A DNA stretch of 64,000 nt from a virus: positions 1 to 64,000 of IMG/VR virus record IMGVR_UViG_3300008261_000084; one strand, written 5' to 3'. The notes under the pieces are model-generated. The model did not search any database. It saw only the letters and a list, made by a program, of their open reading frames with translations, and was not told the DNA's origin. The position numbers and the translations under genes are program-made. Every line of letters starts with the position of its first letter. Within the stretch, counting starts at the first letter, position 1. Shown here in pieces: positions 18,740 to 29,000 of this stretch.

Positions 18740-19407
18740 CAACAGTTGGTGAAGCAATATCAAGAATGAGAAACACTCTTAAATCAGTAAAAGAAGATCC
18801 ATTTTTAACTGATAGAGTAATCTATAATTCTCTTATGAAGTATGGTCAAGCATTACTTAAAAGAGAAGACAATCAATATAGACTTATGAAAATAAGTTCT
18901 ATATTTTCAGTACTACCTTTTGTTGAACTTATTGATGTAGATAAGATAGAAGCAGGTTGTACTGGAGTTTATTCAGGATGTTACTTCAAGAGAACCAAAG
19001 AAAAAATTCCTTCCATACTTAATGGAATATTAGGCCCCATTATACGTACTGTATCTTCAATAGATGGTAGTGAGATTATGTATAGAACTAATCCAGGTAG
19101 TTGGGTTTCTATAACTAAATCTACTACTTTTAAATACAATAAAAGAAAATACTTTTGGTTCTTAAATGGCTACTTGTATTTTCCAAACATTGATTGGGAT
19201 GCTGTAAGAGTTGAAGCTGTATTTAATGGTGATATCACTGCTTATCAATGTGAACCTGAAGAACAGTGTAAACTTAAACAAGATCAACCGTTACCATTTC
19301 CTGATTATTTATTTTCAGAAATAGAACAGTATGCATTAAAAGAATTAACCATGATTGCTCAAATGCCAGTTGATGGTAATGATGACGGTCAAAATACTTT
19401 AAGATAA
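18736..19407 (+). CDS. Putative tail ring protein
   Basis: 223 aa; ATGA overlap with the upstream gene; YFWFLNGYLYF..VRVEAVF...FPxPDYL pattern typical of crAss-like ring proteins. Confidence 0.55.
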   Translation: MTTVGEAISRMRNTLKSVKEDPFLTDRVIYNSLMKYGQALLKREDNQYRLMKISSIFSVLPFVELIDVDKIEAGCTGVYSGCYFKRTKEKIPSILNGILGPIIRTVSSIDGSEIMYRTNPGSWVSITKSTTFKYNKRKYFWFLNGYLYFPNIDWDAVRVEAVFNGDITAYQCEPEEQCKLKQDQPLPFPDYLFSEIEQYALKELTMIAQMPVDGNDDGQNTLR

Positions 19408-20459
19408 TGGACTTCAACTATACACTTAGATATAGAACATTTGACCAATTAATGGAGGATGTTCAAATTGACCTTCCTAGCTTTGCTTTGGAAAATATGA
19501 TTGAGCCTCAGCAGTTAATCAAACTTGCTAGAAAAATTAATTATGACTTAGGTCTTAGAATCAATCAAACTAAAGAAACTGTACTTGATATTTGTCATGG
19601 TAAAGTTAAGCTTCCTGATGATTTCTATGTATGGAATTACGGAATGTCTTGTCATGAAAGAACAGAGCATATTGGATATGATGGTAGAGTAGGTGGAACT
19701 AATATACAAGAAGTACCATATGGTACAGTAAAGTATCAAGAGTTTCCTGGAGGTGTTGATAGTTGTGCTGTAGGAACAGTTAATTGCAGGACCTGTAACT
19801 CAAATCCGTGTAACCTTACTGCTGCCTGTACAGATCATACTCCTGTTACAAATACAACTCCTGAGTATGATCCAAATAATCCTTATGGGGATACATGTAT
19901 AGCTCCAAGAGTATTTATGAACTGTAAGGGTGAATCATATGAATTGATACAAGTTGTGCATGCGGGTCTTACTAGAAAGTATAATACTTTGACTCAATTA
20001 AAAATGAAACCAAGTCAGAACATAGAATGTGAGTGCCCTAACTTATATCACAATGGTCCTGATGAAGGTTGGATTAAAGACGGGTTTTTATTTACTACAT
20101 TCCAAGATGGGCATGTGTATGTAAATTATCAAGGTGAGATGTTGGATTCAGAAGGAAACTTAATGGTTCCTGATCATCCAATGTTGAATGATTACTATGA
20201 GTATGCTTTCAAAAAAAGAATTCTTGAGAATTTATATTTAAATGGGGAAGATGTAGCTCAAAGACTACAGGTTATTATTCCTGAATTAAAAGCTGCAAGA
20301 AGCAATGCTCTTAGTTTAGTTAATACACCAAACTTTAAAGAAATGGAAAAACTATGGTGGACAAACAGAAGAGCTCAGTATTCTAAATACTATGATATGT
20401 TCAAAGCTCCTACATTTGGAAACTATGCAAGATTGAATTATAATACTAAAGTTATTTAG
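19407..20459 (+). CDS. Putative tail tubular/ring protein
   Basis: GKVKLPDDF, GFLFTTFQDG.VYVNY, G.LMVPD motifs, with a Cys-rich insertion; directly precedes the tail stabilisation gene. Confidence 0.6.
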   Translation: MDFNYTLRYRTFDQLMEDVQIDLPSFALENMIEPQQLIKLARKINYDLGLRINQTKETVLDICHGKVKLPDDFYVWNYGMSCHERTEHIGYDGRVGGTNIQEVPYGTVKYQEFPGGVDSCAVGTVNCRTCNSNPCNLTAACTDHTPVTNTTPEYDPNNPYGDTCIAPRVFMNCKGESYELIQVVHAGLTRKYNTLTQLKMKPSQNIECECPNLYHNGPDEGWIKDGFLFTTFQDGHVYVNYQGEMLDSEGNLMVPDHPMLNDYYEYAFKKRILENLYLNGEDVAQRLQVIIPELKAARSNALSLVNTPNFKEMEKLWWTNRRAQYSKYYDMFKAPTFGNYARLNYNTKVI

Positions 20460-20461
20460 TC

Positions 20462-23400
20462 ATGTCAGATAAATTACAAGATACTTCCCAAAATGTAACC
20501 GACAGTTTCATAAAGGGTCTGAATAAAGATTCAGATCCTTCTTATGTTACAGACGGTATGTGGACACATGCTGTTAATATGGTTAATAATTCTAAGACAG
20601 GTAAAGTAGGTTCTATATCTAATGAATCTGCCAATTACTTGTGCTTTAATACTGGCTTGTTTATGGCTGCCGGAGCTACTGAAAAGTTAGTGATAGGTAC
20701 TATATATTTATTTTCAGATAAATGGATAATTTTTACGGCAGGTCATAATAGTTTTGGTCAACCAGTTAGTGCTGAAATAGGTTTATTTGAAGAAGAGAAT
20801 TGCTCATACAAACCTATTGTTATTGATCCATGTTTAAATTTTGATAGAAGACATTTGATATCTGGTGTATCAAGATTAAGAGAAGATTGTACTTGGCAAG
20901 TATACTGGTCTGATGGTTTAAATCCGGATAGATACTTAAATGTTGGAGATCCTCAAACTTGGCCAGGACCAGACTACTCTTACATGGGATCTGTTGGAGC
21001 TAATGCAAACTATTATGAAGGACCTGGAGGTACTAAAATACTTTGGCCAAATGTACAATGGAATGAAGAATGTAAAGATGAAAATAATCAGATAGTACCA
21101 AAAGCTAACTATACAGCTGTAGGGTGTATTACTTGTAAAAACTTAAACACTTTAGATTGTGATCATATAAGATTAGCAAGATTAATGAAAACTCCTTGTT
21201 TAAAATTAAAAAGAGGGCAACAAGGGGGTACACTGGCTAACGGGACATATTTTGCTCTTATAGCATATACAGTAAAGGGACAGAAAGTAACTGATTACTT
21301 TGCACAAAGTAATTACCAGTTTATATATTCTCCACAAAATCTTCAAGGTTCACTTACTTTAGAGATATCTGCAGATAATGAAAACTTTGATGAGTTTCAA
21401 TTAGTAATTGTAAAGTGTGTAAGAGAACAAACAGTTGCACAATTGATGGGTATTTATTCTACTAATACAAGTACACTAAGCTTTGATCAAATTGACAGTG
21501 GTAGTAACATATCAGAACCACTTGAACAATTACCTTTACAAACACCGGTATATGAAACTTCAGATCAAATGGCTGAAGTAAATAATTATTTATTAAGAAT
21601 AGGACCAAGAAGTAAGTTTAATTTTAATTACCAACCATTAGCTAACTTAATTAAAACTAAGTGGGCTTCTGTAGAATATCCTGCGGATTACTACATGAAA
21701 GGTGGTAATAAAACCAATTATATGAGAGATGAAGTATATTCATTTTTCATTAGATGGGTCTACAATACAGGAGATAAATCTCCATCTTTTCATATTCCTG
21801 GAAGACCCCCTAGAGATTTTGCGGTTCCTAATGGTGTTACTCAAAAAGAAGATTCTGATTTAACAACTAATCAAAATTCATTATATGCAGATGACAAAGT
21901 ATTTGAAGTCTATAATACTGCTTCAATTGACAATGTGTCTACATTAGTTGGTACTAAAACTGATGATGGTGGAGAAGTTATAGCAACAGGAGATATGGGA
22001 TACTGGCAATCAAGTGAAAAGTATCCTGACAATAGAGCTGATATATGGAATCCTTCTAATCATTGTTGGACAGGAGAAACTACAAATGCATATGACTTGT
22101 GTGGTAAATACATTAGACATCATAAATTTCCTGAAGACTATACTGCCGGTAATAATTCAGCAAGTGTAACACACTTTAGAATAAATCCTACACCTAAGAA
22201 TAATTCTAATGATTATTACATTAGATTAATGGGTGTTTACTTTGAGAACATTGCATTACCAAAAGATAATGATGGTAATGATATTCCTGGTATTGCGGGT
22301 TTTGAAATTCTTAGAGGTTCAAGAGAAGGTAATAAAACTATTGTTGCTAAAGGTTTAGTAAACAATTTTAGAACATATCAAATTCCTGGAACCGGTGGTT
22401 TTAGTGCAACAGGTTTATATCCTAATTATCCTTTTAATACTATACAACCTTTAAGTAATACTTTAGGAGGTAATGTGGCTGGATATAATGATCCATATAT
22501 TAAAGCTGGTGTAAGTTCATTATATAATCAAACTGTACCAGATGATATATTTAGTTTCCATTCACCGGATACTATGATAAGAACACCATTCTTATCTACA
22601 ACAGAATTTAAAACATATGGTCAGTTATCAGGATATACACAACAAAACTTTAACATACCAACAGATCACCCTAAATTTAAATTATTATCTGATGTAGTTG
22701 TAATACCTATGATATTTGGTGGTCTTGCTGAAGCTATTATTTCAATGGTGGGTAAAAGAACTTCTGTGTCTCCAGGACCAGCATACCAAGATATTCAAAT
22801 ACCAGAAGTTCAAGGTGAAGAAATAAAAGGTAATGCTATTAATGGTACACCTATTACAGGTGGTGCAAGTGGTTCTGCTAATAATAATGGAGCAATTGCA
22901 ATTGTAGCTGGGGTTACCAATGGTACTTTAGCAATGGTTGAAAATGTTGTTTACACACCTTTAAGTGGTGGTAGTATTAGTGGTGGTGAAATAAGTGGTG
23001 GTGATATAAAAACAGATCCTAAACGAGCTTCTGATCCGGGTCAATTTGCTACGGTACTTAGTGGATTTACTGGTGCTAAAACTGGTTATAATCTAGGTGG
23101 TGCAATAATTGCAGATGCTTTAGCTGGTGGTGGTGGTTTAGAGGCTGTTTATACTAATGCTGCAAAAGCAGGTACGTATATTGATGGAGGTGTATATACG
23201 GGTCTTACATTAAACACAGAATATGCACAATCACAATATTTACCAAAAGTACTTGCAATTGCTAATAACATAGGAAAAATAGCTTATTATTTTTCTGAAG
23301 GTGCCAGAGTAACATTAGATTTAATATATGCTGTTACTGGATACAAACAATTTGCATTACAACAAAAAGCATATGGTTTTTATTCTAATATGGATAAAAA

Positions 23401-26014
23401 CTTAGCTGCAGATGTAACAAGATTTAAAACAGAAGACCAGTTCTATATTGATAGCAATATTCAATCTGTTTCAAGATACCAAGATGATACAGGTACTTGG
23501 AGATCTTATAATATTAATAATGTTAAAAGAACTCAAAAGGTTGTAGTAAGAACTAAAAATGGTGCTAATAAAAACAAAGGTCCTAAATTATTGTCTGGTG
23601 ATTTATCATTAACTACTTTAGGTACTTTACGTCAAGCTAATTTTGCACCTTACTTAGCAAGTACAGACTTACCTGATTTTAAAGGTGGTGTCAATAAAAC
23701 ATTTTCATTGCCAATTCAAAGTCACTATGGTGCTCTTAGAGGTAGAGTAAGAAACCAGTATGGTCAATTAGATTCTATTAAGCAATTACCTGTAGGAACA
23801 TGTGAGCAAAAAATTTCAGACTACACTATTAATAACATAGATTTAGTTTGTAATTCAAAAAATATAAAGAAAAAAGTTATTAATAGATCTCCACTAATGT
23901 TTGGTGGTGATACTTATATTAACAGATACACTGAAAAAGACAGTATGTGTTTCTTTTATGAGTGGTTATATAATGAACCAGATGGTTTTGAATATAATTA
24001 CTATTTGAGAAGTATGCTTCCTAATCCAAGATTTAGATTAAACAGTAGAAAATATGATATTCAAGATTTAGCAAGTGCTGTAAATGTTGAAACTATTTTA
24101 CAAGGTTCTTCTGTTACAGCTCCTCCAGGAGAAGGTGTAATGCCTTCAGATTTTTATAATCTTGATTATTATGAAAATGGTTCTAAAAAATATAATTACT
24201 CTAATGATACCGCTGCAGATTATCCTGGATTTTTTGTTTGTAAAGATTCAGCATTTTATTTAGCTGTGTCATCAATTAAAGATTTCTTTGTAGAATCTGA
24301 AGTACTTGTAGATTTTAGAACACAACCTGAAACAATTGCTAAGAAGTATTACAACCCTTATAATTTTACAGATTATAATTCTATGTTTGATACTAATCCA
24401 AATGTACTTGGAGAGAATAGTTCAAACTTATATGATTATTCATTAAGTGTGAGTAAGTTATATAATCAGTATTTTTCATTAGGTGTTGTACAAAGTAGGT
24501 ACTATGATCCAAATGTATCTGACTTATGTTATACTTACTATCCTAATAAGATTATCTACTCTTTACAACAACAAGATGATATGATAAAAGATAGTTGGTT
24601 TGTATTCTTAGCTAACAACTATAAATCATTTAAGTCTCATATTAGTGGTGTTAAGTCAATAAATAAATCAGGTATTGTAATTACATTTAAGAATGACAAC
24701 CCTATAATGTATCAGGGTGTAGATACTCTTCAGACTGATTTAGGTACAAAGGTTACTTTAGGTGACGGAGGTTTATTTAGTCAAGCTGCTCAACAATTAA
24801 GTAACGCTGATAAACCATATGAGTATGGAGCATCTCAAAACAGACTATCTGTAATATCTACACCTGTAGGTATATTTTACATGTCTCAAGCGGCTGGTAA
24901 AATATTTTCAGTTGGTGACGGGCTTCAAGAGATTTCTCAGCAAGGTATGAAATGGTGGTTCACACTTTTCTTACCGTACAAACTTTTAGTAGATTTCCCA
25001 TTATATCCATATACAGATAACCCAGTAGCAGGTATAGGATGTCAATCTGTATTTGATAATACAAATACTATTCTTTACTTCTGTAAGAAAGATTATCAAT
25101 TAAAAGATCAGTATAAAGGAAAAGTTACGTATGTACCACTTAAAGGAGATAGTACAGGTGATTACTTTATGATCAATGGTAATAATACAGCTCAGTTTAA
25201 ATTAGGTGACCCAACACTATTTAGAGATGCTTCTTGGACTATTAGTTATGACCCTAAGAATCAATTCTGGATTAGTTTCCATGACTGGCATCCGGATTTA
25301 TTAATGCCTACAAAAGATGTATTTATATCTACAAAAGGTACAGGAGGTTGGAGACATAACTGGATCTGCGATAAATACTGTAATTACTATGGTGTTGACT
25401 ATGCATGTGAAATTGATGTACCAATTGTAACAGGTCAAACCGTTACTACTACAAGATCCATTGAGTATATTTTAGAAGCTTATAGAAAAACTGATAACTG
25501 TGTGGATTCTCATCATGTACTAGATTATAATTTTGATACAGCTGTTGTGTATAACTCAGAACAAGTATCCGGTTATTTAAATCTTAACATTTATCCTAAG
25601 AATGATCTTGTACTTGCAAGACAGTTCCCAAGAGTAAATCCAGCTACTTTAACTTCATTTGATGTTTTATTTACAAAAGAAGAAAACAAATATAGATTTA
25701 GTCAGTTTTGGGATATAACAAATGATAGAGGTGAGTTTCCAATTGGTTCTCCGTATCCTGCAGATCAAGGTCCATATGTATCAGGTACAACTACTTTGCT
25801 TGGTACTTATAATAACTTAAACACTTGGATTACAGAACCTGATGGATTCAGAAGAGTATTGAATCAAAATAATCTTGATTACTTCAAACCAGAATTTCAA
25901 AGAAAAAAATTCAGACATTACATGAGTTTTGTTAACTTCAAGAAAAATATATCTGGTAATACCAATATTATTTTGAAAATCAATAATAGTAAAAATGAAA
26001 TTTCTCTAAGATAA
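20462..26014 (+). CDS. Tail stabilisation / muzzle protein (P22 gp10-like, Crassvirales)
   Basis: 1850 aa; F.KGLNKD N-terminus, VYWSDGLNP.R, YMRDEVYSF, FGGDTYINRY, WTISYD....WISFHDW motifs; synteny. Confidence 0.75.
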   Translation: MSDKLQDTSQNVTDSFIKGLNKDSDPSYVTDGMWTHAVNMVNNSKTGKVGSISNESANYLCFNTGLFMAAGATEKLVIGTIYLFSDKWIIFTAGHNSFGQPVSAEIGLFEEENCSYKPIVIDPCLNFDRRHLISGVSRLREDCTWQVYWSDGLNPDRYLNVGDPQTWPGPDYSYMGSVGANANYYEGPGGTKILWPNVQWNEECKDENNQIVPKANYTAVGCITCKNLNTLDCDHIRLARLMKTPCLKLKRGQQGGTLANGTYFALIAYTVKGQKVTDYFAQSNYQFIYSPQNLQGSLTLEISADNENFDEFQLVIVKCVREQTVAQLMGIYSTNTSTLSFDQIDSGSNISEPLEQLPLQTPVYETSDQMAEVNNYLLRIGPRSKFNFNYQPLANLIKTKWASVEYPADYYMKGGNKTNYMRDEVYSFFIRWVYNTGDKSPSFHIPGRPPRDFAVPNGVTQKEDSDLTTNQNSLYADDKVFEVYNTASIDNVSTLVGTKTDDGGEVIATGDMGYWQSSEKYPDNRADIWNPSNHCWTGETTNAYDLCGKYIRHHKFPEDYTAGNNSASVTHFRINPTPKNNSNDYYIRLMGVYFENIALPKDNDGNDIPGIAGFEILRGSREGNKTIVAKGLVNNFRTYQIPGTGGFSATGLYPNYPFNTIQPLSNTLGGNVAGYNDPYIKAGVSSLYNQTVPDDIFSFHSPDTMIRTPFLSTTEFKTYGQLSGYTQQNFNIPTDHPKFKLLSDVVVIPMIFGGLAEAIISMVGKRTSVSPGPAYQDIQIPEVQGEEIKGNAINGTPITGGASGSANNNGAIAIVAGVTNGTLAMVENVVYTPLSGGSISGGEISGGDIKTDPKRASDPGQFATVLSGFTGAKTGYNLGGAIIADALAGGGGLEAVYTNAAKAGTYIDGGVYTGLTLNTEYAQSQYLPKVLAIANNIGKIAYYFSEGARVTLDLIYAVTGYKQFALQQKAYGFYSNMDKNLAADVTRFKTEDQFYIDSNIQSVSRYQDDTGTWRSYNINNVKRTQKVVVRTKNGANKNKGPKLLSGDLSLTTLGTLRQANFAPYLASTDLPDFKGGVNKTFSLPIQSHYGALRGRVRNQYGQLDSIKQLPVGTCEQKISDYTINNIDLVCNSKNIKKKVINRSPLMFGGDTYINRYTEKDSMCFFYEWLYNEPDGFEYNYYLRSMLPNPRFRLNSRKYDIQDLASAVNVETILQGSSVTAPPGEGVMPSDFYNLDYYENGSKKYNYSNDTAADYPGFFVCKDSAFYLAVSSIKDFFVESEVLVDFRTQPETIAKKYYNPYNFTDYNSMFDTNPNVLGENSSNLYDYSLSVSKLYNQYFSLGVVQSRYYDPNVSDLCYTYYPNKIIYSLQQQDDMIKDSWFVFLANNYKSFKSHISGVKSINKSGIVITFKNDNPIMYQGVDTLQTDLGTKVTLGDGGLFSQAAQQLSNADKPYEYGASQNRLSVISTPVGIFYMSQAAGKIFSVGDGLQEISQQGMKWWFTLFLPYKLLVDFPLYPYTDNPVAGIGCQSVFDNTNTILYFCKKDYQLKDQYKGKVTYVPLKGDSTGDYFMINGNNTAQFKLGDPTLFRDASWTISYDPKNQFWISFHDWHPDLLMPTKDVFISTKGTGGWRHNWICDKYCNYYGVDYACEIDVPIVTGQTVTTTRSIEYILEAYRKTDNCVDSHHVLDYNFDTAVVYNSEQVSGYLNLNIYPKNDLVLARQFPRVNPATLTSFDVLFTKEENKYRFSQFWDITNDRGEFPIGSPYPADQGPYVSGTTTLLGTYNNLNTWITEPDGFRRVLNQNNLDYFKPEFQRKKFRHYMSFVNFKKNISGNTNIILKINNSKNEISLR

Positions 26015-29000
26015 TGTATAATAAAAAAGTTCTCTCCACAGCAAAGGCGGAGCTTAATAAAGCTAAAGCTCCTAAGAAACCTAAAGATATGATCACTGAT
26101 CGAATGGGTCAGTGGAAATATCCTGGGTTAGATACCAGAATTCCTGGTGATGGTTCTAAAGATATAAACATTACAATGGATGGTGTCTACAAACCTTTAC
26201 TTGCTATAGCAGATACAGGTGAGAAAAAAAAGTTATATCCTGGAGACAATCATACATTCCGTGGTGCTAAATATGTAGATGAATTTCCTGAAGCTAAAAG
26301 GGGCGGTAACAAAAAAAGAAAAACTAAAAGCTTATCAGGAACTAATAAGTTAATGCAAAAGAATCCTTTGCTCAGAGATTACAAGAACAGAGAATTTGAT
26401 CCAAATGTAGATTACTTTCAAGAAGGTGGTGATATAAATTTAGAACTTACACAAGATGAAATTGATCAATACGTAAAAGGTGGTTATATAGTAGAAGACA
26501 TATCTGTACCAGAACTTAATCAAGCTCAGAAAGGTAAAACTGTAGAAATATCTGACCCTAAAGAATTTGCTTATAGAAACCAAAAATACAAGGATAGTTT
26601 AGATTTATATAACTATTCAAATAAACAAGTAGTAGACAAAACTAAAAGATTTGGTTCAGATGCTATAGGTGTACAAAAAGAATATAATAAAAAAAAGGCT
26701 GCTGAATTTTTAAAAGAACAATTAAAAACATATGGTGATTTAGCACATGATCCAAAAGATAAGTATGGTAAGTTAATTACTAAACTTGTAAAAAAATCAA
26801 ATATATCACCAATAGGGTTAAGTATTAATGTTGAAGATTATGACTATATATTTAAAAAACCTGCACAAAAAGTAGTACTTAAAAAAGAAAATACACCTGT
26901 TCAAGATACTATAATTCAAAAACCTGTTGTACAGCAAGAAGTAAAACCTGTTATACAACAAAATATAAAACCGGTTCAAAAAACAGATTACCCTCAAGGT
27001 TATCAACCATACTCATTATATGGAAGAGTGCTAGATCCAGAAGTTTATGGGTATGGTGAATCTATAAATGGTAAACCATTAGAACTTGCTCAAGGTGCTG
27101 ATATGATGCTGAAAAAAATGCAGATGGAAAAATATAAAAAGGCTAATAAGTATCCATGGGTTAAACAAGAAGGTGGCAATATAAAAACACATAGAAGTAA
27201 AGACGGTACTGTTACTAATACAATTACTAAAGCTAATGGTGATACTGTAATACAGGTTAAAACTAAAAATGGTAAGTATTATGAAAAGCTTATTAAAAAA
27301 AGTGATGCCTTAGATACATTATCAAAATTACAAGGTGCTGTTAAACCTGAGTTTTTAGCATTGGGTAAGGCTGAAGCTGAAACTAAAAGAGAGGAGAAGC
27401 AAGCAAAACAAAAGTTTTTAAAAGAAGCTTGGTCTAATTATGATGATTGGTCTACTTCAGATAAAGTATCTGATAGAGTAGGAGCATTTCTGAATGATCC
27501 ATTTGGAATGACAGCAAGAGCACTAACAGGAGATCAAGCTTATATACCAGGTATGGCTCAAGGTTTACATAACCATGAAGATCCTGAAGTAAGAAATAGA
27601 TACTTAAAAGAATTAGGATACACTCCTGGAGAATTTGATGCTTCTGATGTACAGAACATGATTAACCCCGGTTACTGGGCTAGTTCATTTGTTGAAAATA
27701 GCAGAAAGGGTAATGTTGGTACAGCAGCATTAGAGGGAGCACTAATGTTCCTACCGCACTTACCTAAAGGTACTGTAAGTAAATCTAACATTAAATCTGG
27801 TGCAAAGCTTTTAGCTGATGATATAGTTAATAAAACACCATTAAAAAATACATACAAGATATTAGGAAAAGATACAAAGTTTTATAATCCTGGTGAAAAA
27901 CCACATTGGTTAAAAGGTTATACAGAATCTTGGAATCCTATGGAAGCAGATTTAGAACCACTTGCGGATTTTAGATTAAATGAAGCAATAAAAAATTTAG
28001 AGAACAAAAAGATATTTAAAGAACATGACGCAGTAAATAATAAATATTCACAAATACTTAATAATTTAAGTGAACAAAAAAAAATTGCTTTAAAGGCAAA
28101 TAATACAAAAGCTGTATCAGAAATCAATGCTGAATTAGATGATCTATTTAATGCAAGACTTAAAGAGCATAATAAAATTGCACGAAAACATTTTCAATCT
28201 AAAGAGCATCCTTTTGAAGAACAAATAGGTGCTGGTGGTTTTGGAACTGTGTATGGTTTACCTGAATCAGAATTTGTGATTAAAGTAGGGCAAGTTCCAA
28301 AAAATGAAAGTATATTAAAATTAGTAGAAAATTCTAAAGGTATTAATAAACCAAACATTGCTTTGCCAAAAAGAGCTAGTGCTACATCATCTGGTGAAAA
28401 GGTAATAGTAATGAATAAGGTTGAACCTGTTGAAGGTAATATTTTTACAAACCCTCCGACTAAAGAAAGTTATGAGCAATTAATAAAGGATGTTGAAGAA
28501 TTACAAGGTAAAGGAATTTATCTTGATTTTGAGAATCCACAAAATATACAATACAATCCAAAAACCGGTTTATTTAATATATATGATTTAAATACAACTG
28601 GTCATATTTTACACAAAACTGTTCCTAAAAATAGTTATAATGCTGGTGAAAAAACTATAGAACAATTACTTATTGATAATAAAAAATTACCTAGTGATTG
28701 GGGAAGTATAGCAAGTAGTAAATCTAATGCTGCAAATGAATGGGAAACAACTATAAGTAATTTAACAAGACCAGTAGGTGAAATACCATATAAGCCTGAA
28801 TTTAATACAAATGCTGCTAGTAAATTATATAGCTTAACTCATGAAAGAAAACTTCTTTTTGATACTCCAGAAGGTGAGAAAAGAATTAAAGATTTAATTG
28901 AAAATACACCAGAATTAAAAAATTCAGGATTTACTGTTGATGATTACAAAAGAGGTTTAGATGACATAACTAATGTTAATCTTCATTATCATAGATTATA

